NCBI GenBank assembly: GCA_029258755.1
Contig: JAPDKC010000020.1
Span: forward strand, 532 to 64,531
Source: an archaeon
GTDB taxonomy: Archaea; Iainarchaeota; Iainarchaeia; Iainarchaeales; DTGL01
Reading direction: 5' to 3'
DNA length: 64,000 nucleotides
Both the position numbers and the translations under genes were made by a program. Under the pieces are notes generated by a model. It searched no databases, was not told where the DNA came from, and saw nothing but the letters and a program-made list of their open reading frames with translations. Shown here piece by piece: positions 26,869-36,649 of this stretch; position 1 is the stretch's first letter; each line of letters opens with the position of its first letter.

Positions 26869-27984
26869 GTGATGCAAATGTTAGAATTCGATGGTTTTGG
26901 ACCGGAGAAGGTTCTCATTGTGCATAACCCGAAAATAGGTTTGAGGGGTTTTGTTGTAATAGATAATACTGCTTTGGGTCCCGGGAAAGGTGGAATAAGA
27001 TTAACGAAGACAGTTACGCTTGAAGAGGTAGCTAAGCTTGCCAGAGCAATGACTTGGAAGAACGCATTAGCAGAGCTTCCGTTTGGCGGAGCAAAAGCGG
27101 GAATTGTTGCCGATACAGATATCCCTTCTAAGGAAAGAAAAGCAGAGCTTATCAGAGCGTTTGCTCAAGCCGTAAAACCACTTGTTCCTGAGTATTATGT
27201 TGCAGGGCCCGATATGAATGTTTCACAGGAAGAGATGCGTATATTTGCAGAAACTATAGGTGATAATAAAGCATGCACAGGAAAGCCAAAGGAGCTTGGT
27301 GGCTTGCCACATGAATTGGGAAGCACAGGCTTTGGAGTTTTTCACGCAACAAAAGTTGCAGCTGATTTTTTAGGATTGGATTTGAATGGTGCAAAAGTAG
27401 CGATAGAAGGCTTTGGAAATGTCGGGGGCTTCGCCGGAAAATTCCTCAGCGAAGCTGGCGCTAAACTTATAGGTGTCTCTGATATAAAAGGGCTCGTTTA
27501 CAACAAGAATGGACTTGATTATGAGAAGCTTATTGAAGCCAGGGATAAGAAGGGTTCAGTAATTGCTTACGATGGCGAAAAACAAATTTTGCCAAACCAC
27601 GATATAATAAAACTTGATGTAGATATTTTAGTTACCGCGGCAATTCCGAACTTAATTCAGGCACATGAGGTTAATCTAGTAAAAGCAAAGCTTATAGTTG
27701 AAGGAAGCAATATTCCAATGACGCAGGAAGTAGAGGAAATGCTCGCACAAAAAGGCACTCTTATAATACCAGACTTTGTAGCTAACGCGGGCGGCGTGAT
27801 TTCAAGCTATGTGGAGTATATTGGCGGTACTGAACAAGAGATGTTTAAACTTGTTGAGGAAAAAATAACCAGAAATACAAAGCTTGTGCTTGAGAAAGCC
27901 AAAGATACGCTGTATACAAGAGCAGCTGCATTAACGATAGCTCGTGAACGAGTTTTAGAAAAATGCGAATGGTGCAAGCCCTAG
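26869..27984 (+). CDS. gdhA: Glu/Leu/Phe/Val dehydrogenase
   Basis: GPGKGGIR, MTWK, GGAKAGI, GPDM, EGFGNVG, PDFVANAGGVISS. Confidence 0.9.
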   Translation: MMQMLEFDGFGPEKVLIVHNPKIGLRGFVVIDNTALGPGKGGIRLTKTVTLEEVAKLARAMTWKNALAELPFGGAKAGIVADTDIPSKERKAELIRAFAQAVKPLVPEYYVAGPDMNVSQEEMRIFAETIGDNKACTGKPKELGGLPHELGSTGFGVFHATKVAADFLGLDLNGAKVAIEGFGNVGGFAGKFLSEAGAKLIGVSDIKGLVYNKNGLDYEKLIEARDKKGSVIAYDGEKQILPNHDIIKLDVDILVTAAIPNLIQAHEVNLVKAKLIVEGSNIPMTQEVEEMLAQKGTLIIPDFVANAGGVISSYVEYIGGTEQEMFKLVEEKITRNTKLVLEKAKDTLYTRAAALTIARERVLEKCEWCKP

Positions 27985-27995
27985 GCTAGCGCATA

Positions 27996-29072
27996 TTATT
28001 TTCCATAAACAATTCTTCTTGCAAGTTTCTCCTTCTTTTTTACTCTCTTCTGGTGCTTTTTTAGAAGCTTTATCAGAAATTCGGTCACGAATTGCTTTGT
28101 TTCACCGCACAAGCGCTTGCCTTTCTTGCATTCTTCCATTATACGCAGCACTTCTGCTGAGTCAGGATAATGAAAACGCAGTATTTCACAAACTTTACAT
28201 ATCTCCGGTTTCCCGCCAAGCTTTCTTTGCAAGCTTGCTGTTTCTCTGCCACCTGTAAAAGCATTGCTGACCTTTTGCCTTATCTGCTCTGGGCTATCAT
28301 CGAGAAAGATCGCGCTTGCAGGTTCTGAGCTGCTCATCTTGCTTCCTTTAAGCAAGCCAGATTGATGCCTGAAATAAATAAAAGAAGGCATTTCTAGCTC
28401 GTAAGGTAAGCGTTTTACAATGTCTCGGGTCAATCTAGCATGTGGATCTTGATCTAGACCTATGGGCGTTATGCTTGGCATCTTTCCTTCAAATTCAGGC
28501 AGTTGGGCATGCAAAATATCTGCATACTGAAGCAATGCTGCACTAATCTTGCCCAAATCTACATGTCCATATGTAGCTTCAAACATATTGCGGGTTATCT
28601 TCTTACTTATCTCAAAGGCAAACGCATAGTAGCGAGTTTTATAATTACTTTGCACATAAACATCCTTTTTACTCAAACCAAAAGCTAACACATGGGCAAG
28701 GTTATTTACCGCTATCTCCTTAGCTTGTTCCAATGTTTTTATCTGAGGCCGGCTTGTGTAACCTTCTATGTCCGCTATGCAAAAATAGCTTTTAGCTCCA
28801 AAGGATTTGAAAAGCAAAAACATATCTATTACTACCTTATGGCCCAGGTGCAAGTTGCCACTAGAGGCTATGCCTGTCATATTTATGAAAGGTCTTCCTT
28901 CCTTTATGCATCGCATTACTTTTTCGAAATCCCTGTGTGCTATAACCATTCTTTCAACTAGGTAATGATTGAGCTCTTTTTTCCACTTCTCTGGAAAAGG
29001 CTTCAGACCAAATTCTGCAAAAGCTCTTTCATATTTTATCTCTTTCGAGGACCAAGGGTTTATTGCCTGCAT
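27996..29072 (-). CDS. trpS: Tryptophanyl-tRNA synthetase
   Basis: INPW, HRDF, HLGH, DQDPH, KMSSS, AFTGGR, CGETK. Confidence 0.96.
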   Translation of the reverse strand: MQAINPWSSKEIKYERAFAEFGLKPFPEKWKKELNHYLVERMVIAHRDFEKVMRCIKEGRPFINMTGIASSGNLHLGHKVVIDMFLLFKSFGAKSYFCIADIEGYTSRPQIKTLEQAKEIAVNNLAHVLAFGLSKKDVYVQSNYKTRYYAFAFEISKKITRNMFEATYGHVDLGKISAALLQYADILHAQLPEFEGKMPSITPIGLDQDPHARLTRDIVKRLPYELEMPSFIYFRHQSGLLKGSKMSSSEPASAIFLDDSPEQIRQKVSNAFTGGRETASLQRKLGGKPEICKVCEILRFHYPDSAEVLRIMEECKKGKRLCGETKQFVTEFLIKLLKKHQKRVKKKEKLARRIVYGK

Positions 29073-29137
29073 AATATCACTTTTAATATAATTTTTGCCA
29101 CTTATTTTAATTTAAAATTACCTTTTAGGTGTTTTCT

Positions 29138-29665
29138 ATGGCAAAGCTGACCGAAAGATATTCTCAACTTATAGGTGACAAAGTGATTGTAAGCAATCGC
29201 AGGCTTCGCGATCAGCTGAGCCAGAAAGGTTTTGGCGAACGCATAGAAAAAACACTGGTTTTAGATCTTAAAGAAGCGCTTTTCCTTCTCGAAAAAGGGA
29301 AGATAGAAATAAAAAAAGGAAGGAAAAAGCTGACCGCAAAAGAACTTTTAGCGCTCGCAGAAGCAAGCGATAAAAAGTTTTATTTAAAATACTTAGTATT
29401 CAAAGATTTGCGTGAAAAGGGCTATGTAGTTAAAACAGGTTATAAATTTGGTTTTGATCTGCGTGTCTATCCAAAAGGAAAAAAGCCTGGCGAAGCACAT
29501 ACGCAGTGGGTAATAAATGTATGTTCGCAAGATGAAACTTTTTCGATGCCTGAGATAAGCAGAATGGTTCGCTTAAGCGGCAATATAAACACTATTCTTG
29601 TGCAAGCGGTTGTCGATGGAGAAAATGGCATCAATTATTATGAAATAAAGCGCCTGGTTCCTTAA
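29138..29665 (+). CDS. endA: tRNA-splicing endonuclease subunit
   Basis: EALFL, VFKDLREKGYVVKTGYKFG.D.RVY, GEAH. Confidence 0.9.
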   Translation: MAKLTERYSQLIGDKVIVSNRRLRDQLSQKGFGERIEKTLVLDLKEALFLLEKGKIEIKKGRKKLTAKELLALAEASDKKFYLKYLVFKDLREKGYVVKTGYKFGFDLRVYPKGKKPGEAHTQWVINVCSQDETFSMPEISRMVRLSGNINTILVQAVVDGENGINYYEIKRLVP

Positions 29666-29718
29666 CAAACTGGAAAAGAAAAAGAAAAAGGGAAAGAACA
29701 CTGCTTTTAATGTAAACT

Positions 29719-29892
29719 TTATAGGTCGAAACCTCTAAGCGTTTTTCTGCCGTTTGCTGTAGCCCTCTCAATCGCTTTATCGAGCTTCCACTTTACTACC
29801 TTATTGAGCGCCTCGAAGAAGTCGCCAGAAACTCTAATATCCTTCTTCTTGATGTATTCCTTTACCTTGGATTTAACCACCAAATCCTCCAT
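29719..29892 (-). CDS. Small histone-fold protein (DUF1931 / face-to-face-like)
   Basis: Manual translation MEDLVVKSKVKEYIKKKDIRVSGDFFEALNKVVKWKLDKAIERATANGRKTLRGFDL (57 aa); GGAGGT SD; RA.ANGRKT...D histone motif. Confidence 0.9.
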   Translation of the reverse strand: MEDLVVKSKVKEYIKKKDIRVSGDFFEALNKVVKWKLDKAIERATANGRKTLRGFDL

Positions 29893-30017
29893 CCAGCTAC
29901 CTCCTTTGCCTTTTTAACGGGTTTTCTGCTTAAAAAAATGAGGCAAACTTATTTAAAACAATGCCTAAGAAATAGCATTTTTTGCCCAAAATTTGCGCTT
30001 TTTAGGCATATTTTAGG

Positions 30018-30449
30018 TTATTTGATCCCTGCTTTTTTCTTGGTGTAATGCTCTATTGCCTTAAGCAATGCGTTTCTGAGCTCTTCATCTCTTTTTTCCT
30101 CGGCATTTTTTATTAGGACCAAAAAACTTTTTGGAACCTTGCTTTCAAGCCATTTTGAAAAGTCATGGTGCTCTGCATGGTGGTTGAGAGATTCTAAAGG
30201 AACTCTTTGTAAAGCGCTTGCAAATTCTGCAATGCTCGAAGCTTTTTCGTTGCAGTACCAAAAGTAAAAGGTTGGAAGCGGCTTTGTTAGTAGCTTTTCG
30301 GTCCTTTCAATCCTTCGCAATTCTTTTTTTAGTTCTTTAATTTTTTGTTCTTCTTTACTTAACGCTCCTATGGCTTTCTTTAATTCCTTCTTCCTCCTTT
30401 CTAAATCAGCTTTCTTTATAAAAGGAAGTATAAGATTTTCAATGACCAT
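30018..30449 (-). CDS. DUF5752-like protein with N-terminal coiled coil
   Basis: TFYF....KASSIAEF...L..VPLESL.HH....DFSKWL. Confidence 0.7.
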   Translation of the reverse strand: MVIENLILPFIKKADLERRKKELKKAIGALSKEEQKIKELKKELRRIERTEKLLTKPLPTFYFWYCNEKASSIAEFASALQRVPLESLNHHAEHHDFSKWLESKVPKSFLVLIKNAEEKRDEELRNALLKAIEHYTKKKAGIK

Positions 30450-30484
30450 CTATAATCACCAAGCATACATATAATACTTCTTTT

Positions 30485-31234
30485 CTATTTAAATTTTTCT
30501 TGTTGTAATAACTTGGGTATAATCTCTTCCAACCACTTTGCAAATTCTGTTTTGCTGATCTTTTCTACGCTGCTTAAAGAATCTTCCAAGCCAGGGTCAA
30601 ATTTAATCGCACCCAAATATCTTATGCCTAAATCTTTAGCATTTCTTTTTATAAAATCGGAATCTTTTTGCTTCATGTTTTCGATAATTCCTATAACCGG
30701 AATGCTTTGTTGCTTTAACATCTTTATCATTCTTTCCACACTTTCCCAAGCAAGCTTCGATTGCGTACTTACAAGTAAGAATTCTAATCTTTTTATCGCT
30801 CTTATTATTTCAAGCGTTGCATCTCCAATGCCTGGGGGCATATCAATAATGAGAAAATCAAGCTCTTTCCAAATTGTTATAGCAAGCAATTCTATTATTG
30901 CGTTTGAAACATCAATGCCGCGCAAAGGTGCTGGCTTATCCTCAATAAAGTATATAATCGACATAAATTTTATTCCGTAAATTGTAGGAGGCAAAAGCCC
31001 TTTTTCTTCTTGGGGAAAAGCAGGCTTTATGCCAAGTATCATGTGATCTGAAGGGCTGAAAAAATCCAAATCCAATAAGCCGACTTTGTAGCCCCTCTCC
31101 GCCAACTTTAAAGCAAGCGAGCAAGAGATAACGCTTTTTCCCACGCCCCCTTTGCATGCAGAAACAGCAATAATTCTTTTGACACCTTTTAACCTATCTT
31201 CTATAACACTAAACCTTGCATCTATGCCTAACAT
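30485..31234 (-). CDS. Mrp/MinD-family ATPase, probable Thermococcales-type HypB
   Basis: KGGVGKS deviant Walker A, DMPPG, ENM; directly downstream of hypA as in Thermococcales. Confidence 0.8.
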   Translation of the reverse strand: MLGIDARFSVIEDRLKGVKRIIAVSACKGGVGKSVISCSLALKLAERGYKVGLLDLDFFSPSDHMILGIKPAFPQEEKGLLPPTIYGIKFMSIIYFIEDKPAPLRGIDVSNAIIELLAITIWKELDFLIIDMPPGIGDATLEIIRAIKRLEFLLVSTQSKLAWESVERMIKMLKQQSIPVIGIIENMKQKDSDFIKRNAKDLGIRYLGAIKFDPGLEDSLSSVEKISKTEFAKWLEEIIPKLLQQEKFK

Positions 31235-31638
31235 TAAATCTCCTCTACAGAAGCTATGGAAAGGCCTCGGCCTTTTTTAATCTCAAAGTCAACGCTTTTA
31301 CAATTTGGACATTGCATATAGCTATGTGCTATATCTGGAATAAAATGTATAAATTCCGCTTGCTTTTCGCTTAGCCTTTTTTTTGTTTCGCTAAGATTCC
31401 ATTCGAAGCCGCAAGTCCGGCATTTTAATTTGGCCTTTTCCTCCTTTATTTCATAGGTTATATGCCAATCTTTAAGCTCTTTTGTTATTTCTTCAAGCGC
31501 ATGTGTGAATATTTCTTTATCTATTTGCTGTAGTTCGCCAAGAAGCACGCTTACCTTTATCCGCTTTTTAAAACCATTCTTGTTTGCAAAATCTGTTGCT
31601 GCTTTTACTACTGCTTGTGCTAAAGACCACTCGTGCAT
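31234..31638 (-). CDS. hypA: Hydrogenase nickel incorporation protein HypA
   Basis: MHEWSLA Ni site, GELQQID, CRTC...CPNC zinc site. Confidence 0.95.
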   Translation of the reverse strand: MHEWSLAQAVVKAATDFANKNGFKKRIKVSVLLGELQQIDKEIFTHALEEITKELKDWHITYEIKEEKAKLKCRTCGFEWNLSETKKRLSEKQAEFIHFIPDIAHSYMQCPNCKSVDFEIKKGRGLSIASVEEI

Positions 31639-31721
31639 ATAAAATCACAAAAATAATAAAACCAAACATTTTTAATTTTGGTCAATAATGTATTATTATT
31701 TCGCTTTTTAGAGGTGAAAAT

Positions 31722-33320
31722 ATGCCAAATAAAAAGACGATTAAAGAATTTTTAAAACCAGATTGGAAAAAGATTGTTCTGAGCTTTTTGCTGCTTTTAG
31801 CTTGTTTTTTGTTTTTCGTTTCAGTAACTGCTTTGCCCATGCCAGTCTCCATGATTCCTGTTATTACAGGCTTGTTCTTGGCACTCCTTTTGCCCTTTGC
31901 CGTGGTTTATAATCTGTTGTCTTTTGGTATTCCGGATATTGTTGCATTAATTATAGCTTTTAGTTTGCATGTTTTCTATTTTTATGTCGTTTCCTGCTTT
32001 TTAGTGTGCTTATTGGCACGCCTAAAGAATTTGATAGTGTCCATAAAATGGAGTAAATGGGATGCAAAAACACTTGGTGTTCTGGCGAGTATAGCAGTGA
32101 TTGGAATCGCTGTTTATGGCTTTCTAAATCTTGGTTGGACCGACATATTTATTCCGACTGCTGATGACAGCGGAGCAACGCCAGAAGGGATTACAGAGGT
32201 GGTTAAGGCAAATAACCAGTTTGCTATCAAGCTTTACTCGGAAATAAGCAAAGATTCTAATGGAAACATATTTTTCTCTCCTTGGAGTGTATCAACTGCA
32301 ATGGCAATGGTGTATGAAGGTGCTCGGGGCCGGACGGCAGATGAAATAAGATCCGTTTTTCAGTTTCCTGAAGATAATGACAGAAGAAGGTTTTCCTTTG
32401 CGAGACTACTGAATACAGTGAACAAGACTAGCGGAAGATACGAATTTCATGTTGCGAATGCAATATGGTTGCAGAAGGAATATCCTTTTTTAGAGGAATA
32501 CAAAAATATAATATGGAGATATTATTTAGGTGAAATCAGGAATGTAGATTTTGTAAATGATGCTGCCAGCTCAAGTAATGAGATAAATAACTGGGTTGCA
32601 GACCATACAAATAACAAAATAAGAGAAATTGTGCGTCCAGAGATGTTCAACGAACTTACCCGTGCTGTGCTTACGAATGCGATATATTTCAAAGGAAAAT
32701 GGAAATACCAGTTTGATAAGCAACACACAAAACCGGAGGATTTTATCCTTGGTTCTGGAGAAAAGGTTAAGGTTCCAATGATGCAGCTTATGGATTCAGA
32801 TTTGGAATTCAATTATGCGGAAATGGATGGTGTGCAGATACTTGAAATAAAATATCAGGGTGACAAAATATCAATGCTGGTTCTCCTGCCAAGAACTAAC
32901 ATACACTACTTAGAATCAATACTGACTGAAGAAAGGCTTCAGAAGTGGCGAAACAGCCTTAAACCCGAAATAGTTTACATATACATGCCCAAATATAAAT
33001 TTGAAACCTCTTACTCATTAACAGACTATTTAAAAGATATGGGAATGCATTCACCTTTTGAATGGCCTGGTGCAGATTTCTCTGGAATTGATGGAACAAA
33101 GACGCTTTACATTAGCGATATCTTGCATAAAGCATACGTAGATGTCTGTGAGGAAGGCACAGAGGCAGCAGCGGCAACTACCATTCTTGTTACGAAAGGA
33201 GCAGCACCCAAGCACCCAGTAGTATTTAGAGCAGACCGTCCGTTTATATTCATAATACAGGAAAGCAAAACGGGAAACATTCTTTTCATTGGCAGGGTAA
33301 TGCAGCCTGTAGGTTATTGA
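31722..33320 (+). CDS. Serpin with multi-TM N-terminal anchor
   Basis: NIFFSPWS, NAIYFKGKW, EEGTEAAAAT hinge, FRADRPF.FII, ILFIGRV..P; about 4 N-terminal hydrophobic segments. Confidence 0.93.
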   Translation: MPNKKTIKEFLKPDWKKIVLSFLLLLACFLFFVSVTALPMPVSMIPVITGLFLALLLPFAVVYNLLSFGIPDIVALIIAFSLHVFYFYVVSCFLVCLLARLKNLIVSIKWSKWDAKTLGVLASIAVIGIAVYGFLNLGWTDIFIPTADDSGATPEGITEVVKANNQFAIKLYSEISKDSNGNIFFSPWSVSTAMAMVYEGARGRTADEIRSVFQFPEDNDRRRFSFARLLNTVNKTSGRYEFHVANAIWLQKEYPFLEEYKNIIWRYYLGEIRNVDFVNDAASSSNEINNWVADHTNNKIREIVRPEMFNELTRAVLTNAIYFKGKWKYQFDKQHTKPEDFILGSGEKVKVPMMQLMDSDLEFNYAEMDGVQILEIKYQGDKISMLVLLPRTNIHYLESILTEERLQKWRNSLKPEIVYIYMPKYKFETSYSLTDYLKDMGMHSPFEWPGADFSGIDGTKTLYISDILHKAYVDVCEEGTEAAAATTILVTKGAAPKHPVVFRADRPFIFIIQESKTGNILFIGRVMQPVGY

Positions 33321-33563
33321 GTAGTGTTGTGCCAGCAACGTTTACAAAAAACTTTTAATAGTTCTTCCCACTACATACATATAATTCTGAGAAGTAAGAA
33401 AATGCTAAAGAGAAACCTTATTAGAAGCAAACCAAGCGATGAAAAAAGCAGCCTGTTGTTAAAGATGGACTTTCCAAAGAAGTAAAATTATTGGGCTTAA
33501 ATGGTTTCGGACAAGCAATGCTTTCTACAAGCTTCAAGCACAAAAATAGGTCTGTGATCAAAA

Positions 33564-34001
33564 TTGAAAATGCTTCTTGGAATTGGTAACGAACTTCTTG
33601 CTGATGATAGCATCGGCTGCTACATAGCTGAGAAGTTTAAGGATGAAAATTGGTTTGTGCAAAACTGTGGCACAGTGCCAGAGAACTACCTTGGGCTAGT
33701 TATCAGAGTAAGACCAGAGCTGCTTGTTATAGTGGACGCAGCACATATGAATCTTAAACCAGGTGAAATAAGAAGGTTAAGGAAGGAGCAAGCATGTTCT
33801 GCTTTTATAAGCACGCACAGCTTGCCCTTAAAGGAATTCATAACCATCGCAAGCAAGTATGCTAAGCAGGTTGTTTTGATAGGAATACAACCAAAAAATA
33901 TTTCTTTTGCTCAGCCTATGAGTGCTGAAGCAAAACAAGCAGCAAGGAAACTTATGAATGTATTGAAGCTTAATAAGTTGGAAGAAATAGAAAGGCTTTA
34001 G
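33564..34001 (+). CDS. hycI: Hydrogenase maturation endopeptidase (HycI-like)
   Basis: LGIGNEL.ADD.IG, GTVPEN, IVDAA, STHSLP, IGIQP. Confidence 0.9.
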   Translation: MKMLLGIGNELLADDSIGCYIAEKFKDENWFVQNCGTVPENYLGLVIRVRPELLVIVDAAHMNLKPGEIRRLRKEQACSAFISTHSLPLKEFITIASKYAKQVVLIGIQPKNISFAQPMSAEAKQAARKLMNVLKLNKLEEIERL

Positions 34002-34409
34002 CTATTGCTTCTTTTCAGGTATCAAGAAGCCAGCATCTTTATTATAATCTGCTAGCAGAAACTCATCGCTTTGTTCAAGTGCCTTTACAGGGCATATATC
34101 GACACATTGACCGCAAAAAGTGCATCTGCTTACATAATGCTTAATTCGATTGTTTTTTTCATCAAACTCTAACGCTTTAGCTGGACATACGCGAATGCAT
34201 TGCTTGCACCTTATGCATTTATCCTCGTGATAAATTAAGCGTCCTCTAAACCTTGGCGGTGTTTTTATGGGCTTATTTATTTTTGCTTTTCCTTTTTCCA
34301 CTTCTTCCATTAAATGTGTAAAACTTTTTGGCACATGTTTACATGGAAAAGGATTTGTGGAAGGTTTTTTGAAAAGCTGCTTTACTAATTGTTTCACAAA
34401 GGATAACAT
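34002..34409 (-). CDS. mbhN: Mbh hydrogenase 2x[4Fe-4S] subunit N
   Basis: RFRG; CIRCKQCIRVCP and CTFCGQCVDICP. Confidence 0.9.
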   Translation of the reverse strand: MLSFVKQLVKQLFKKPSTNPFPCKHVPKSFTHLMEEVEKGKAKINKPIKTPPRFRGRLIYHEDKCIRCKQCIRVCPAKALEFDEKNNRIKHYVSRCTFCGQCVDICPVKALEQSDEFLLADYNKDAGFLIPEKKQ

Positions 34410-34410
34410 G

Positions 34411-35409
34411 CTACATCACCAAGAGCCTATCCAAACCTATAAAAGCTAAACCAAAAAGGGCTAGCAAAAACACATAGTAGATGTAAATCCTTGCAGCTTG
34501 ATCAACCTTTAAGCGAGCAGTAGCAGCGCTTACCAATATCAAGCTAGCAAACATAATAGCAAATGTTTTAACAAGGAAGAAAATAAAATCGGCAATTAAA
34601 GCAAAAATGCTTGGTAACGCTAAAAATGCGCTTATGTTCCATGGGAAGAAAAGAGCTACTATTAAGCTTGCAAATGCAAGTGCTTGCACAGCTTGTGCCA
34701 TAAGAAGCAGAGCCAAATTTCTGCCGCTATACTCTACAAGCACACCTTCAGCTATTTCTGTTTTAGCTTCGCTTATGTCTGCAGGAAGCTTAGCGACCTT
34801 TGCTGGGAATACTGCCAAAGCACTGACTAAAAGAAGAGCAACGCCAAGCTTGCCAATCCCATCAACAAGATTCCAAATAGGATATGCTGTTAAGGTATCA
34901 AATGAGAATGCATATGCACCCGCATGACTAAAAGAAAGGAGCCAAGCAAAAGCGATTACAACAACAGAAAGCACAAATTCATAGCTCATCATGAGCACTA
35001 TTTCGCGTTGAGCGCCTATGCTTGCATAGGGAGATGCAGAAGCAAAAGCGCCGATAGCTAGAGCTAAAGGTGGTATAATAAACAAATAAAGCACTAGGAT
35101 TAGATCACCATGTGCTTGCAAAAGAGGGGGCATGCCCGCAAATGGCATATAAAGAAACAAAAGAAGAGCGCTAGCTAGAGCAACAAGGGGCATAGCGTTA
35201 AAAAGCCATTTTATGGAGTTTGCTGGCACTATATTTTCTTTTATAAATAGCTTTTTTATGTCAAGAAAAGGCTGGATTATTGGCGGTCCTATGCGCGCTT
35301 GCATCCTTGCAATTAGCTTTCTTTCCAAACCGTTAAATAGTAATGAAAGTAAGAGAGCTAGTGTTATTATGAAAATGGAATGCGCTGCTACATGCAGGAT
35401 GTTAAACAT
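34411..35409 (-). CDS. mbhM: Mbh membrane subunit M (NuoH-like)
   Basis: ERKLIARMQARIGPP..QP..DI.KL, AEG...EYSG, R.KVDQ. Confidence 0.92.
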   Translation of the reverse strand: MFNILHVAAHSIFIITLALLLSLLFNGLERKLIARMQARIGPPIIQPFLDIKKLFIKENIVPANSIKWLFNAMPLVALASALLLFLYMPFAGMPPLLQAHGDLILVLYLFIIPPLALAIGAFASASPYASIGAQREIVLMMSYEFVLSVVVIAFAWLLSFSHAGAYAFSFDTLTAYPIWNLVDGIGKLGVALLLVSALAVFPAKVAKLPADISEAKTEIAEGVLVEYSGRNLALLLMAQAVQALAFASLIVALFFPWNISAFLALPSIFALIADFIFFLVKTFAIMFASLILVSAATARLKVDQAARIYIYYVFLLALFGLAFIGLDRLLVM

Positions 35410-36649
35410 GCTCCCACCTTTTCAACCTTTCTTTAATTTTTAAGGTTTTTTTAACACACAATTCATGAATTTTTTCCTGAGCTATTATGGCTTCTTTGTC
35501 CGCTAACACTGCCCTATTTGCACATGACAGGCAGGGATCGATGGATGCAACTATTATTGGCACATCTGCAAGCTCGGAATCTTTAAGCATAGGTACAATA
35601 GTATGCATATTTGCATATGTAGGGGCCCTTATTTTCCATGCAAAGAGGGTTTCGCTATTTTGCATTCTCAAATAATGTATAAGCTCGCCTCTAGGTGCTT
35701 CTACTAAAGCTATGCCCTCATTATCTACCTTTTTCAAATCCACCAGAAGTTTTTGTAAAACCGGTTCATATAGGGTAGGTCCTTCCGGAAGCTCCTTAAT
35801 GCATTTTTCAATTAATTCTAATGATTGCTTTATCTCAAGCAAGCGCACAATTATACGATCGAAAACATCGCCTCTAATTTCGCCAAGAAGCACATCTGGC
35901 GTTATTGCTTCCACATCAAGGTCTGCGTAAGCGGCATAAGGAAAGTCTTGCCTAGTATCCTTTTTAACACCGGAAGCTCTTGCGGTTGGCCCAACAGCAC
36001 AAAGCTTTAATGCCTCTTCCTTGCTTAGCACACCTATGTCTCTAGTTCTTAACTTTATGGTTGGATCATCTAAAAGTATTTCGCACAGCTTTTCATAAGC
36101 TTTTTTGTAGTAAGCGAGCATCTCCTTGATTTTTGGAATTTGCTTTTTGCTTATATCTCTGCGCACGCCACCTATCATAAGTACGGCTTTTGTAATTCGG
36201 TTACCTGTTAGATATTCTATAACGTCTAGCACCTTTTCCCTTATGAGCCATATATAATGCAGGATTGAATCAAAGCCAAGTTCGTGAGCGGCAACACCTA
36301 AAAATAGCAGATGCGAATGAATTCTTTCTAGCTCAGCATATATAGTGCGCAAATATTCTGCTCTTTCAGGTACTCTTATGTTTGCCGCATTCTCAACAGC
36401 GATGCAAAACGCTAGTGGATGGGAAATATTACATATTCCGCAAACGCGTTCCGCAAGGTATATGATTTGAATAGGATTCCTCCGCAAGCCCATCCATTCT
36501 ATCCCTCTATGGACATGCCCTAAGGAAAAGCTAGCGTCTTTTACTCGTTCACCTTCTACAAGCACCTCTATCTGAATAGGTTCTTTCAGAGCTGGATGTA
36601 TTGGACCTATTGAAATGCTGCATTTTTTACTTTTGTTCAATTCGCTCAC
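35402..36649 (-). CDS. mbhL: Mbh [NiFe] catalytic large subunit L
   Basis: GPIHP, L1 ERVCGIC, EAPRGE, L2 DPCLSCANR followed by a C-terminal extension. Confidence 0.95.
   Translation of the reverse strand: MSELNKSKKCSISIGPIHPALKEPIQIEVLVEGERVKDASFSLGHVHRGIEWMGLRRNPIQIIYLAERVCGICNISHPLAFCIAVENAANIRVPERAEYLRTIYAELERIHSHLLFLGVAAHELGFDSILHYIWLIREKVLDVIEYLTGNRITKAVLMIGGVRRDISKKQIPKIKEMLAYYKKAYEKLCEILLDDPTIKLRTRDIGVLSKEEALKLCAVGPTARASGVKKDTRQDFPYAAYADLDVEAITPDVLLGEIRGDVFDRIIVRLLEIKQSLELIEKCIKELPEGPTLYEPVLQKLLVDLKKVDNEGIALVEAPRGELIHYLRMQNSETLFAWKIRAPTYANMHTIVPMLKDSELADVPIIVASIDPCLSCANRAVLADKEAIIAQEKIHELCVKKTLKIKERLKRWEHV

Noticed and set aside
33402..33485. 27-aa ORF MLKRNLIRSKPSDEK... between serpin and hycI
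   Set aside because: No clear SD or recognisable motif.
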